From NCBI GenBank assembly GCA_964016885.1, contig OZ024740.1:333684001-333748000 (forward strand): a DNA stretch of 64,000 nt, written 5' to 3'. This document shows, one piece after another, positions 37,259 through 52,547 of the stretch. How positions within the stretch are numbered: position 1 is the stretch's first letter; the number at the start of each line of letters is the position of its first letter. Both the position numbers and the translations under genes were made by a program. Source of the DNA: Eledone cirrhosa (lineage: Eukaryota). The notes under the pieces were generated by a model, which did not search any database, was not told where the DNA came from, and saw nothing but the letters and a program-made list of their open reading frames with translations.

Positions 37259-37748
37259 TGGTGGACTAGGACTAAAAATATTAGTTGCCAAATGAAGGGG
37301 GCCAACTACATATAGAATGCTATCATTTAATTTTTATAATGAATAAATAACATTCTGAAAAAATACATAAGTAGAAACAAAACAGTGCAATCAAATTTTT
37401 GCGGGAAAATATCTTACATTCTCCAATAAAAACATTACGTATTTTGCGAAATCCAGAGACTTTCAATAATGACATTTGGTCTTTCACACTCATTTAATAT
37501 ACACAACGTTCACCACTGATTTCAACTTTTTGCACTATGCAATTTTTGGTTTCGAGTATTTTCCTGGGGAATTGGTTGATCAAATGCTTTGCTTAATTGT
37601 ATTTATTTGTTTGAAAAAAAATTGTATTCTTTAACCTAGATTTCAGATATTTTTTTAAAACAAAGCATTGGGCCCTAAAATAGTACCGTGTGCCAGCTGG
37701 GGACCACATGCTTTTGGGCAACCTGACAACCTGGCCAGTTCGCCACTG
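37256..37748. mobile_element. MITE / non-autonomous DNA transposon (hAT-like termini)
   Basis: Imperfect TIRs cagtggtggact / agttcgccactg, inserted in (TA)n. Confidence 0.65.
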
Positions 37749-37750
37749 TT

Positions 37751-37781
<31 letters not shown>

Positions 37782-37784
<3 letters not shown>

Positions 37785-37976
37785 GAAAAAAGTATGACCT
37801 CGACGGCAGAGCTCAAGCCGTTTCGACGGCTATTTCTGGCCTCCAGAAATAGCCGTCGAAACGGCTTGAGCTCTGCCTTCGGAGTCATACTTTTTCCTAT
37901 TACCCACTCTACTACCCTAAGTATTGAGTACACTGGTGCGTTATAGTCCATCTGGTTCCTTACCACATTTCCTTCG
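37782..37976 (+). mobile_element. Hairpin-plus-tail mini-element derived from the HHR-bearing PLE terminus
   Basis: ~58-bp arms around a 3-nt loop (37840-37842), plus a ~76-bp tail matching 37100-37170. Confidence 0.8.
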
Positions 37977-37977
37977 T

Positions 37978-38035
<58 letters not shown>

Positions 38036-40082
38036 ATTTGTGTGTATGTGTGTGTGTGTGTGTATGTTTGTGTGTGTCTGTGTTTGTGTTTGTGTGCGTG
38101 AGTGTGTAAGTGTGATGAGTATTCTGTGTGTGTGTGTGTGTGTGCATATGCACCTGTACTCTATATACATGTTTGATATATGTTCATGTGATTCTGTCTT
38201 TCATAGCATTAACAGAAGAGCCATCGCTAATGCTATAGACATCGAATCAATAAGAGATTCATGATCGGAAGACGTGGGGTGTGCGTGGCCAGAGTAGGAT
38301 ATGTTAAACGGATAAAAGAATTGAAAGGGAATCCATTAAGAATGTTTACATTGAGACAGTATCATCTTAGATATATTAGAAATGTAATAGTTGAAATGTT
38401 ATCTCGTATTGTAGAATCTGAAATAAAAACACTCTGAGGCTATGATTTGGGAAATGTATTAAAACGTATATCTCTGCCTGGGTATTCGACAGACAAGAAA
38501 TAGCTGGATAGTTCACAGGCTGACCAAGATACTCTCATGGAGTAGTCAAATGAGGTTTATTCTTCAATATAGTTCCTGTAAGGAAACAATGCAGTTATTA
38601 ATATACAAGGTTTCACAGCCCTAGCATCACTCCTTCGTAGTTTCCGTACTAACTTTTCAGCCGACTCTCATATGATTTATCCGTCAAGTTTTACAAAAAA
38701 AAACGTAAATAACAAATCTCTGTGATGATACATTGTTCAATCTACGGAAATTCAGTAATGTTTTGACAGCTTTTATAAATATATACATATTGATGCATAA
38801 ATATTTTTACAACAATGGTTTCAGATTTATAACTTCAGTTAACACGTGAAGATATGTTGTGCTTGTGTGGGTGTAGGTGTTCTGTTTTTATATTCCATAA
38901 TAATATACATAAAACCTTCGAAACAATTCATTTATATTTTGTATATTCTGTCCTTCGATTCTAAAATAAACTTGTTATCTGTTTAAATTTGACGTACACA
39001 TATGGAAGAAATAAGCCTTTTACTTTATGCATCTTACTCAATCCGACATCTCACTAAATTGCTTGTTAGACAAACGTGCCTAATTAAGAGGGTGCCCTGA
39101 AGTATAACCATGAATACACACAATATTCCTGCCCTTAATGCTCAAATTTCTGCATAGTTACACTGTGACAGGTGTATACAATGATATATTTAATCTTATA
39201 TCGCCACCAGCTCTTATACAGACAAAAACAATACTAAGTAACCAAGAATTTGAAGTGCATTAATACGATACATGGGACTGTATTCTGAACTCTAAATTTA
39301 GATGTTGTATTACAATGTATATTGAAATATATGCATTCTGTACTGCATATACATTCAGCATTTGAAACTGGGTTTAAGCATCGTAGATACAACCGAATTG
39401 TACTACGCTATATGTATTGCTAATCTTCTATACTCGTTCACTTAAACGTTTACCAGTCGCCGCTGAAGCCAAAACAAATGTTGATACTATAGTCAGCATG
39501 ATCTGTACTCGATGGTCGAAAAAATATGTTTACAACGCAGTGAATCAAAATGAACAATTAATAATACGAGCACACACCACATATTTTGAGATGCACCTGT
39601 CATTCTATTTTGGTAACGTGTGTCGTATTGATTTTCTTAGTTTGATTTTGGTGTTTGATATTTTTGATTGGATTGAGTATTGCTTATTTTAATAGACTAA
39701 TCACACTCTTTTCGTTCCTACCTATCCATTATTTCAACAGATATGCTGCTGTTCATGTTTCCCTCTACTAATCCAACTACGTCGCCAGCAACTAAGTTTA
39801 ATTTGAGTAATGTCTCAGAGTACAAAGGACACTGTTCATATCCAAAATTATATTTTACCTATAATCACTCTAACAACTCATCAGCTATAGCAACATATCA
39901 GCCACTTCTTTCTCATTTAAAACTCAGATAAAACTCAAATAAAACGGATACTTGAAAAATAGTATTAATATACACAAACATGTATGAATATACAAATACT
40001 TATATCTGTATATTAATATCTCCACATAGACAGAATATTATTGCATACACATATAGATAAACAAACACACACATACACACAT

Positions 40083-40153
<71 letters not shown>

Positions 40154-41283
40154 CACACAGACATATATATATATATAAGACAGAGAGAAAGAGAAACGGA
40201 GGAGGGAGAGATACATAAATAGATGAAAATACGGTCGAATGTCATATATGAAGATTGGTGTATACTAAGAATATATGGTGTAGAATTCTAATAACTATAG
40301 CAACCATATATTAAAATCATTATTCATGTTTCTAGCTATGATGAGTCGAAACAAATCAATTTTAATCGCTGAACCTTAGTATCATCTTCTTTAAATTATC
40401 AGAAAAATCTAGCATATATTGCTGAATAGTTATTTCTATTTGACTTAGGGACCATGTTATATTAACAGGAAGGAAGGTGGAATACCAGGGGGACATAATA
40501 AATGAGATAATACGCTTTGATAACTTTTATATATTTTCCACTTTTGAAGTTATCGATGTGTGTCTATATAAAATATGTCGGTCATAGTGATGCATTGCAT
40601 ATGGCAACTGAAAATGAAGTGATCGTTGAAGCACGCAATCTATAACTGACATTAATTTAATATTGTTTCAAATATCATAGATTCTGTGCTAGATATGAAG
40701 GAATTCGACTGTTTAACGCTAGGTAAAACTCAATAGATACGTGTTTATTTTCTCACTGGTGACTTCTAGGTGATTAGTTCTGTAAATTCTCCACTTGATA
40801 TTTGATTTAATTCATATTTCTATGGCAACTATGTTGCATACCGAAAGCAGAAATAAGAAATACAATTTAATTAAAACATTGGTTTATCTTATTGGATAGA
40901 AAATATGTATGCTGGTGGCTTTTGCACATAATCAATTTACATATACACACACAAATCTGTTAGAGTGTAACTGGCAGTAAGTGTCAAAAGAAAGTATTTA
41001 AATTTGCTAAACTTCATTTGGGTATTTTATTTGTTTATCCTGATATAATCCGAACTTTGATAAAAATCCATAAGCATTTACCTCTTATGTCTTCCTGTGG
41101 GTATGCTATCATGGAAAGCGCGTATCACGCTATACACACACATAAAACGATACATACCCCCCCCCCATATATATATATATATATATATATGTATTTAATT
41201 ATATATATATATATGTATTTAATTATATATATATATATATATACATAGGCAGACACACACACACACACACATACACACACACA

Positions 41284-41360
<77 letters not shown>

Positions 41361-41851
41361 GATGTTTACAAACAATGTTTGATCGCAGCAAATAAGGACA
41401 CAAACGTTCATTAGAAGTGGTTTTATTCTAAACATGATCAAACATCACTCCTTTACATATAGCACTGCATGATATTGATTAAATGCTGTCTGATTCAGAA
41501 CTTAGTACGAACCTCAATGCCCCCTTACATTATTTATTACGGTAAACATGTTAACGTTATCAAAGGGACATATATGGCATAATGGCGAAACATATTACAA
41601 TTATTACTATTGTTATCATTGCGTACGAATGACACGTGTGAAGACATGTTACAAGTTTGCGAGAGAAAAGGCTCGTAAATTTAAGTTGTTTTAAAGTGTT
41701 ACTTTGTCGTTTTTGTTGTTGATAACAGGGCATAAGGTACCCTCCTTGGTCCCGAGGAAGAAAGACAATTCAATATTCGAGCCAAAAAACATGGAACCAT
41801 TTAACATTGAATCTGTAAACAACTTGAAGTTCAAAAGGTAAAAAAAAACAG

Positions 41852-41852
<1 letters not shown>

Positions 41853-41912
<60 letters not shown>

Positions 41913-41934
41913 AACTACTACTACTACTACTACT
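41853..41934. repeat. (ACT)n microsatellite; degenerate (AAC)n tract follows at ~42040-42260
   Basis: Direct inspection. Confidence 0.9.
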
Positions 41935-42419
41935 AACACCACAGACATGTACAATTCTCGTACATGCAGCAGCACTGACCACAGTCTTATCACACAAGGA
42001 ACATTAAACGTTCTAATTTATCACCTCTAACCCCTATCACCACCAGTGCGGCTACCAACACAACTACAACAAGTAAGAAAAACAACAACAACATCAACAG
42101 CCTCAACATCAATAATAATAACAATAGCAGAGGCAACAACAAAGGAAACAACAATAACAACGACAGCAACACTAAGCACAGCAGCAAGAAGAAAAAGCTA
42201 ACATCAAGGTCAACAGCAGCAACTAAATAAATACAGCACATTCGCAGCGGCGGTGGCTGCGAAAACAAAGCGATTGTTTAACGTCGATATTAGGGACAAG
42301 GAGCAACAGTTGGCTCAGGCGTGGAATTTAATTAAATACGAGTAATCCTGGGCCAGCCTAACCATCCCGGAAGAAACAATAGAGACAATGCTGTGGAGGT
42401 GTTTCCATTTTCAATATAA

Positions 42420-44740
42420 TTCGCTGTAGACTCGCAAGGTGGAACTCGCCAGCCAGCCAGCAGTCGAGGCTGCTTCGGAATGCATTAAAGATGATATTGA
42501 ATACAAAACAAGGGCCAGACAGTTCAGCACCATTTCGGTCCTGTTCAAAACTGAGACCCTTGCTATAGAGCACTGCGTGGACCCCTGCAGAACGGATTGA
42601 ATCATTATGAAACCGTCCTACATGGGAAAAAGAACAGCAAATTTCCGCATTCCTAGGATCCCACCAGGAACGAACCTATAGTGGCTCTTGGGATACGTAA
42701 TCGAGGAGAGTACCGACACTACCACCGTAGATATCAAATAAGACGGACAGAGAGGACTGGTTCGAGCTGGATTTGTAAATTCTTCTCCAAAGAAAATAAA
42801 AAAGACCTAAATAACATCCTGGACTTTGTCCGCCTGCAGGACTGGTAACCGATTCAGCTTATTTCTGAAGAGTGTGGGCCGCTCTGCTTCATATGGACAC
42901 ATTACACAACTTCAGGCCCATGACTCTACTCAACACAGAGTTTAGGATTTTGGCCAAGATGTGAACGAAGAGGTTGTCACTTCTTATCGGAGATTTGGTT
43001 GGGAAGGCGCAAAACTGTGCAATCCAGACCAGCTCCATACACGACATCCTCCACCTCATGCATCATAGTGAGGGTAGGCTATAAATTTGGCTTCGCTGGG
43101 CTCTGATCAATTTAGGTCAATCAAAAGCATTCGATAGCGTCGACCATCGATACCTGGAGGCTGTCCTCAAGTCAGCTGGCTTCGGCCCAGTCTTCAGAAC
43201 CTGGATGGCTGCAATGCACACCGGAATCTGCTCGGTGTTCAAAGTTAATGGTACCTCTCGGAACCGTTTAATATCTCTTGATCGGTCCGTCAGTGGTGTC
43301 TTCTCTCCTCCGTTCTGTACGTATTGACTCCCGAGCCTTTACTGCGGAAGCTAGAGCTGTTATAAGCCACCCGCTCGAACCGGGTCGCGGTAAGAGTGTG
43401 TCGAACGACATCACCGTGAAGATTTCGGACAAATCGGAAATCGAGTTTGTCGGCAATCTATTGGACGAATAGGAAAGGTTGACGGGAGAGAAAATTAACC
43501 CAGAAAAGTCGTTGGGCCTGCAGCTCGGCACCTGTAGAGGCAGGTACATGCCGTCCAACAGCGTCATTGGGCGCCTGGCGGATGGACCGATAAAGTTGCA
43601 CGGGTTCCGGTTCGGCCACACCTCAAGGTGGATAAGAATTGGGACGAGAGGACGGTCACGTAAGACAGTCTCACCCAGAAATGGGCTGCGAAGACGCTGT
43701 CATTGAAAGGTCGGGTGGAGGTGATGAATGCGTACATCCCGTCCGTCTTTTACTACCGCCTGACCGTCGTGCCATGCCCCCATCTTCACTTCGTCAAGTT
43801 GGAACGGCTCCTCTTCAACTCCTTGTGGATGGGACAGGTTCCGTTGGTGAGTAGATCCATCTGCTGCCAGCACCCTCTACCCGCAGGGCTTGGCATGCCG
43901 TCGCTAATGATGCACAGACATGCCGTGAGGCTGCAGCATCTCCAGATATTCTGCCGAAACGGAGAATAGGAGTGTCACAGTTTGTCAGACGGGCCTTTTC
44001 GCAGATCCTCTCTTTGACTGAGCTGCAGTCCTGGATCAAAAAGAGACCAAAACTGGGTGACTGGCATCTGGAATGTTGCGAAGCACTCTGCGAGGCTAGC
44101 AATGCTGTCAGTGGAACTTCCACTCGCGAGTTCAATAGACGATTAGTGGTGGGCAAGTTTGACGATGGTTTCGGAGAGTCTTTGGGCGTCGGTGGGCGAA
44201 GTCGAACTGACCAGTCTGTTCTGGGGGACTTTCGAGTCGAGACGATGGATGACTTCCAGATATCCGTCGCTTGACAGTGCTACCGCAGGGCAATCCCGTG
44301 TCGAGGTAAAATTTACAGGCACGGAAGTGCTGGCAGACGGACCTGCCCTAGATGCGTGCAGAGCTGCGAAACCGTTTGGCACGCACTCGTCCAATGTCCA
44401 TTCGCTACTGACTTGTGGAGTTATGTCGAACAGCTGTTGTCGCATGTAGAACGGATGGTATGTAGAACGAGTCCATAGAGAAGACCGACGAACCACCTTT
44501 TTGGGGCCAGGAAGGGCAGGCAATTTTCCTCTGTCTGGAGGCAGTTGCTAAAGAGGTTGTATAGTTGACCATGGTTGAAATAACTTAAAACAGACACTTT
44601 TCTCTTCATCCAATCCCTCAACAATTTTTCAAGTTTCACTTGGAAAGGAAGGTGAGGGTGGAGAGTGAATTGCTTCCTCCCAGTATATTTGCTACAAGGT
44701 AGGTGAATGTGGCAAGAATGGTACGTGTGAGTGGGATGCT
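42420..44740 (+). mobile_element. Tx1/L1-clade LINE ORF2, heavily degraded
   Basis: LINLGQSKAFDSVDHRYLEAVLKSAGFG, GEKINPEKS, LKGRVEVMNAYIPSVFYYRL..GLGMP. Confidence 0.75.
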
Positions 44741-44814
44741 GAGAAACGACCGAAGAAAGGGGGTCATATAGATAATTTCATGCCCATAATTCTGCTAAAA
44801 CGGAATTTAAAATA

Positions 44815-45830
44815 TTGGTGAAGTGGTTAGCGACGGGCTTGACGTTTGTCATTTGTTGTCCGTTAGGAGAGACACAAACGTCCGCAGTTGCGGACAGATC
44901 GATTCATGACAACATCCATCTTATGTCATATATAATAAAGAGGGTCTCAAAGGAACCTGGCACGAGTAGGGCTCTGATCAATTTAGATGTGTCGAACGAT
45001 TTCGATATGGTCGAAAGTTGGGAGCTGGTGGTAGACCTCAGGGCAGCGGGATTCGGGCTTAAATTCAGAGGATTGGCTGCTGTAATGCTCAGAGGTATCT
45101 AGTCATTGGTTAGAAATGAGGACCACCTCAAGGAACCATTCAACATCAAGCGCTTAGTTTTTCCTGATTGTCCTCTTCCGTATCTGTTGTATGTAATGTG
45201 TCTAGAGCTACTCTACAAAAGTTGGAGACTTTGAGAGACAACCCATGTGAACAGGGTGTGGATGATCCGTATCAACATATACCGATGGTATATCCGCAGA
45301 GATATCGAGCAGCAAACAGAATGAAGTGTTCGGCACCACTCTCGAAAAATACGAAGTGATAAAAGGAGCAACAAATACCCAGGAAATATCGGTGAGGTCG
45401 TGACTCAGCACCTTGTGGGGCCAGACCATACCCTCAAACAACGACGGGCACTGGATGTACGGACCGGTTAAATCGCTCGTGGTCTAGTTTCGTCCAAAGT
45501 TCCAAATGGACAACAAATAGGACGAGGTAACAAGCAGGGTGGAGACTGTCAAATAGAAATGGGCTAAGAGGAAGCAATCTCTGGATAGTAGGGGAGAGAT
45601 GGCGAACACGTATATTGCCTTCACCATCTACTACTGACAAACTGTCATGCCTTGTTCTGGATTGACCGCAATGGAACGTTTGCTCTTCCGTTTTTTTTTT
45701 GTTGGAGTGACGCATGCTAATAATCAGGCTGTCTATTTGCTGCGAATACCCATTGAGTGGAGGAATGGGCATACTGTGGGTGGTGATGCGCAAACATGCG
45801 CTCAGCTTATGCCAACTCCAGCTTTCCTTT
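44815..45830 (+). mobile_element. Second Tx1/L1-clade RT fragment of the same family
   Basis: DRSIHDNIHL, ALINLDVSNDFDMV..LRAAGFG, ICCEYPLSGGMG, parallel to 43000-43930. Confidence 0.7.
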
Positions 45831-46577
45831 GTTGGTTTGATGTTCAGAGTTTTCCTTCTATTCTTTAATTATTTTACACGCAAAAACCGGCGCTGTATTG
45901 TTCTCTGGCGTCTGTAAAATGTTCTTAATGTGAGCCTTGTGTGGTTAATAAAGAAATTCATATTATTACTGATATTAATTTTTCGTTGTTTTTGTGCTTT
46001 TTATTTTGATTATAAATCAGACAGTTATAATTTAAGGACTAAAACAAATGATGAATAAAACAAAGTTACGTACGTGCACGCTTAGTAAATTTTAGACACA
46101 ATAAAAAGAATAATACCTACAATAATTTGCTTTCATTCAGCTGCGCAGTTTTCTCTGAACTATAGGTCAATTTGATTATAGAATGAACATCGCGTGGTAC
46201 CAAGACTAAATATTGAAAATTTAATATTGCACGATAAAAATAAAATTTCATTCTAATCAACTAGCAAACATCATGAAAACAGACACTGCTATGATTGGCA
46301 TCGGTAAAAATATTCATTAATGAAAACATATATAATCCAAAATTCAATCGATTTTTCCCTCGACAGCCAATGTCATTTACAATCAAAACATTTTCGTTAT
46401 AAATGTCTAAGACTGATGCTTATGCTTTATTCACCACTACTCAACCAAATAAAGGTTATTTTTTTTTTGTTTTTGTTTTTTCTTCCATGAGTATCAATTA
46501 TTATTTAAATGCCTACTAAATCTCCTGCCGAAAGACAAGTATTCATGTATCAATGTTTCAAAGCATACTCGCTCTCG

Positions 46578-46610
<33 letters not shown>

Positions 46611-46735
46611 ATTCTATCTATCTATCTTTCTATCTCTTTCTCTCTCTCTCTCACTCTATCTATCTATCTCTCTCTCTATTTATCTATCTTTCTATCTCTT
46701 TCTCGCTGTCTCTGTCTCTCTCTATCTCTATATAT

Positions 46736-46928
46736 ATAGGAGAATATTTAACCCCGACGGCAGAGCCCAAGCCGTTTCGACGGCTATTTCTGGTCCAGAA
46801 ATAGCCGTCGAAACATCTTGAGCTCTGCCGTTGGGATTAAACATTCTCCTATTATCCACTCTACCACCCTGAATATTGAGTACTATGGTGCGTTATGGTC
46901 CATCTGGTTCCTTACCACACCTACTTCG
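46736..46928 (+). mobile_element. Second hairpin-plus-tail mini-element
   Basis: Arms 46736-46793 / 46795-46852 with a 1-nt loop. Tail matches those at 37100-37170 and 37901-37976. Confidence 0.8.
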
Positions 46929-46929
46929 T

Positions 46930-47021
<92 letters not shown>

Positions 47022-47501
47022 TAACTTTGTTCCATTAATATTAATTATAAATACATAAATACATTCCCGCCCCTAGAATATATATACATATATGTATGTA
47101 TATATATGTGTGTGTGTGTGTATTTATATATAGTGGAGGAGGTATTTATCTACAAACTTACAGATAACAGTGAATGAGTACTTAATACATATGCACAAAT
47201 TATTAGTTGCTTACGTGCAGGAATTAAATTTTGTTATATAGGTAAGAGAGAAAACAATTAAGAGAGAGAGAGAGAGAGAGAGAGACATTAATGATATAGA
47301 GTTAGTTCCACAACAGATTAACAAACGATATTTAAGTACACTCTTTTAACATAAATGATTCTTCAACTAATGTAAGTTAGAAGCTTCACACTATAACCAT
47401 ACACCAGTGGAAGAATCCGGGTGAAATGCGTTTTCTGAAGTATGGTTTGATAATTTGTTCTGGAACTAACTCTGTCTCCCTCTCTTTCTTTTTCCCTCTA
47501 T

Positions 47502-47574
<73 letters not shown>

Positions 47575-47645
47575 TTCTCTCTCTCCCTCCCTCTCTCTCT
47601 CGCTCTATCTCTCTCTCTCTCTCTCTCTCGCTCTCGCTCTCTCTC

Positions 47646-47681
<36 letters not shown>

Positions 47682-48295
47682 CGAGAGATGGAGAGACAGT
47701 AATAGCAAGAGAAGAAGTGATAGTAATGAAGAGGTAATGAACCTAAACTCGAAGAAAATTTGCAAGTTATAATAAACATAGGATTATTAGCTAGGAATGA
47801 ACCCGAACTGAAATTGAAGTCCAAATACAAAAACTGTAATTACTCATAATCCGACCGAAAAAACACGAAGCATACTAATTTTACATAAATATACTATAAA
47901 TCCATTCCCGTATTAATCAGTCATGTTCCACTGAAGATATCTCCAATCAGAGAGAATTCAACTCGTGCAGACTAACTATTCGTTGTAAGCACTATGTCTA
48001 TATATATTGTCCTTCACAAGCATACATATGAATGAAAACAATGTTTATTACACGTTATAATTTTTTCTCTACGTTGAATAACATAGTTCAGCATTTGATA
48101 TAATTCTTAACTTTTTTGAAAACTATACCTTATACAAACACGTACCTTATACAAATATAGGATACCTATTTATAAAATGTAAAAAGTGACGTACCCAATA
48201 AATCTCCTGAAAAAATTAGAGAATCTCCAGGTAATGGAAAAAGAGCCTTCTATGTTAAGTACAGAGCTACAGTACATTATTATCAATAATAATGG

Positions 48296-49489
48296 TACTA
48301 TTGGTAATATCGGTAGAGGGTCGGACGCCATGCTTTCCAGCATAGTTACGTCCCTTTACGATCTGAGTTCAAATCCCGCCGAGGTTGACTTTGCCTTTCA
48401 TCCTTACGGGGCCGATAAAATAAAGTACCACTAATGCACTGGTTAATTGCTGGCCTTGTGCCTAAAGTAGAAACAATTATTATCAATAATAATAGTAATA
48501 ATAATAATTGTTTCTACGTTAGGCACAAGGCCACCAATTAACCAGTGTATTACTGGTACTTTATTTTATCGACCCCATAAGGATGAAAGGCAAAGTTAAC
48601 CTCGGCGGGATTTGAACTCAGAATGGCAAGGGCCGTAACTCTATGCGTCAAAGCATGGCGTCCGACCCTCTATCAAGACTGCCAATGATTTCTAATACAG
48701 GCACAAGACCAGCAATTAGTGGGGTAGGGAAAGACGATTAAATTGATTGCAGTTCATTACTGGTACTTTATTTTATCGATGAAAGGCAAAGCTGACCGCG
48801 GCTGGATTTGAACACAAGGGATAAAGTGTTGTAATCTACGCCGCGAAGCTTGCTCTCCGACGCTCTACTGATATTGTCGATCCATTAATAATAATAATAA
48901 TTGTTTCTACTTTGGGCAAAAGGCCATCAATTACATCAGTGCATTAGTGGTGCTTTATTTTATCGAACCCGTACGGATGAATGGCAAAGTTAACCTCGGC
49001 GGCATTTGAACGAAAAAGTCCATAATTCTAAACTGCAAACCATGGTGTCTGACGCTTTACCGATACTGCCAATTTCATATAGGAACAAGGCCAACAATTT
49101 TGGAGGAGGGGAAAGTCGATTAAATCGACCCCTGTGCGTGATTAGTACTCTTTTCTAACGACCCGTAAAGAAGAAAGGCAAAGAAAACCTCAGCGGGATT
49201 TGAATTCAGAATGAAAAGGTCCATAACTCTAAGCTGCAAATCATGGTGTCTGACGCTCTACCGATGCTGCCAATCCACAACCCTTAATAATAATAATAAT
49301 AATAATTGTTTCTACTTTTGGCACAAGGCCAGCAATTAACCAGTGAATTACTGGTACTTTATTTTATCGACCCCGTAAGGATGAAAGACAAAGTTCACCG
49401 CGGCAGGATTTGAACTCAGAATGACAAGGGCCATAACTCTATGCATCAAAGCATGACGTCCGACCCTCTACCGATACTGCCAATGCACC
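48296..49489. mobile_element. Cluster of six tRNA-derived SINE copies (one +, five -)
   Basis: + 48296-48478. Minus copies at ~48506-48686, 48688-48885, 48899-49074, 49075-49283 and 49304-49489, with (AAT)n linkers. Confidence 0.85.
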
Positions 49490-49570
49490 AATAATAATAA
49501 TGTCAGGCTGACACTCGGCATGATTTGGGAAAAATGTGAATTCAAAAGAAGATTTATTAATAAAAAAAAT

Positions 49571-49704
<134 letters not shown>

Positions 49705-50558
49705 ATGTGTATATACATATATATATTCATGCTTTCACACATAAACACACATACAAACACACAGACATATATTTCATATGAGAAGAAAAATTGAAATATT
49801 GTGTTTTCAAAGAGTATTATTTTATTTGAATTCACTAGAAATGTTACATGGAAATTTGTACTTTCTGAATATTCTAATTTGAATGAAAGAATATTTTGAC
49901 CTTTACAATTTTTATCTATTTTAATATTGAGAAGAAATCAAAGCCATTTCACAAAGAAATCATTAATTATGCTGTAGATTTTTTGTTAAATTAGATTTTT
50001 TATAAAAAATATTTGTTATATTAAGAAATTCTATTTCTGTATGAATAGAGATAATTCTATTTCACATAACCCATTGGGTATCATGTATTAATTATGGTAT
50101 GAATCGAAAACTGATGTTATGCCAAAAGGCGTTTGTTATTAGATTTTATTAACGCTTTAATCATATATACATACAAATCTACATAAGCGTTTCGGAAATA
50201 GGGATTCGATTGAAGGTATATGAATCTTTGAAATACCTTACTAATTACACTTTTTTTTAACGACTACATACTATAGTTTATCGATCATTTGATTTCTTTC
50301 ATTCGAAACCGTCGAAATATTTTGTTTATTAAATGAGATATATTTTACCTGAGATTACATCAGGCGTAAAACTTTGATATGGAATGAAATTGAAATTTGC
50401 CTCAACAATGTCGGAACATGTTTCTTGAAGATTATTTATCACGTAGTAACGTCTAATCTATGCCCTATGATTCTGGTGAGTTAAGATATAACAAATATAC
50501 CTAGATATTATTTTATGTTCATCAAGAATGAAATTGTAGGTACTTTGCATATACAGGA

Positions 50559-50643
<85 letters not shown>

Positions 50644-52304
50644 ATGTGCGTGTGTGTGTGGGGGGGATATACATATGTGTATAATTTACAAACCCGAAAT
50701 TATTTGATAAAGATTACTGTAAAATGTGACATTTTCAAAAGTCACGTAGCATTTATTTCAAGTCACCTCCTATTTAGCATCAATGCGTGTTACTGTGCAA
50801 TAATTGATTTTGATTTTCAAAGTAAAATTAAAAGATAATTTCAACAATACATTTGATTTTGTACCAATTTAGATATGACTATTTTTTAAATAACCAAACT
50901 GAGGATAAATCGAAAGAATGTCAATTAAAGTGGTAGCAGAATTATCGGAACATATGAAGCAATCAGTTTAGAATAGAATAAGCACTGTTTAGACAGCATG
51001 ACATTTTATTCAACAATTAATCATATTATTATCGTATGATATACTATATGCATTAAGCATATACTTAATTTCGTTACGTCGATGTATACTCTTAATAAAT
51101 GATATAGAATAGCAGATACAGATGTATGAAAGCCATTTACGTTATGGGAATGTAACCAATAAATGTAACCAATAAATGTTAGTTCAAAGCCGCACATTAT
51201 TTAACGAAGAAATCATATAGGAACATAGTATTCAGTAGGGACATTGCAATACGGTTGATTAGTGAAATATTTGTAGAATGAGTGTAGCAACTGTTCCTTA
51301 ATTTTAATTGACATTTGCTTTAGTATCCAATGTAATCATTAGAAGTATTTAAAGTAACCGTAGTTTAAGAAAAGAAATAATCCATGTGAATCACAGAAAT
51401 TGTGTACAAAAAAAGTGTCGGAGTTAGTGCGACATTGCGCCTAGCTACTATCAGAGACAATTGAATGAACATAGTGTCAAATATATGTTAAGGATATCGA
51501 TTCACCACGAGAACTGTGTACAAATCTCTATATCTAACTAATACCTCACTGAATCAGTATATAGAAGGTAACATCAATAACTTTGAAGATACTAAGAATA
51601 TTTTTAGTATAAATCGCCCTTTGGATATCCTAAGGACTGTAAAACCATATGTTCTTCATTGATATCATAGGAAACCAAATTAACACTCTGGTTGTTCCAC
51701 AATGCATTCATGAAAGTGCAATTCAGCATTCCAAACAAGTAATACCCATCGCCCAAACTATTTAATACACAGCCACTGGAATGTGCAGGCGGGTTTCGGG
51801 AAAGTGGAGTATTTAGTCAAAACCAATTCGTAAGTAATCCATGCTATCAAAACGACATGGTTGTTGATACATTGTGCGATGTGAAATCGAAACTTGGAGT
51901 CAGTAAGGAAAAAAAAATCAGAATTTTAGAACATCTTAAATATATAAGGGAAATAGTACCTAATAAGTTAACATTTGAACAACTATCAATCGCTTTTTAT
52001 TTAATATCAAACGGTTAGGATCAAAAATACAATTTATCGTGATATGTATCATTTGAACACTTATCGGATTTGTTATCTATGCATAAATATGGAGGAATTT
52101 AAAAAGCATCAAAGGATATATGTGATAATGAAGAAAATCAAAAGATGCAAGTCAAGAAGAGATAAAAATAATAAAAAAGAGAGGAGAAATTTGAAATAAC
52201 ATTAAAATGAGAAAAATACAATAAAACACAAGAGAATGAAATTAAAGTTACGACACCATTTGACACCTGTTGACAAGTGAAATGTACATACAAACAAAGA
52301 TAGA

Positions 52305-52360
<56 letters not shown>

Positions 52361-52438
52361 CTGATGGTAGCTAAGATCCTTCGATAGGTGGTATACCGGT
52401 TGAGCACTCTATTCTCTTACAGATCAGAGTATGATATA

Positions 52439-52485
52439 ATAGAAAACGAAAAATCAGTGATGCATCACTGATTTTTCGTTTTCTA

Positions 52486-52486
<1 letters not shown>
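52439..52486. repeat. Perfect 48-bp palindrome without spacer
   Basis: atagaaaacgaaaaatcagtgatg|catcactgatttttcgttttctat. Confidence 0.95.
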
Positions 52487-52547
<61 letters not shown>

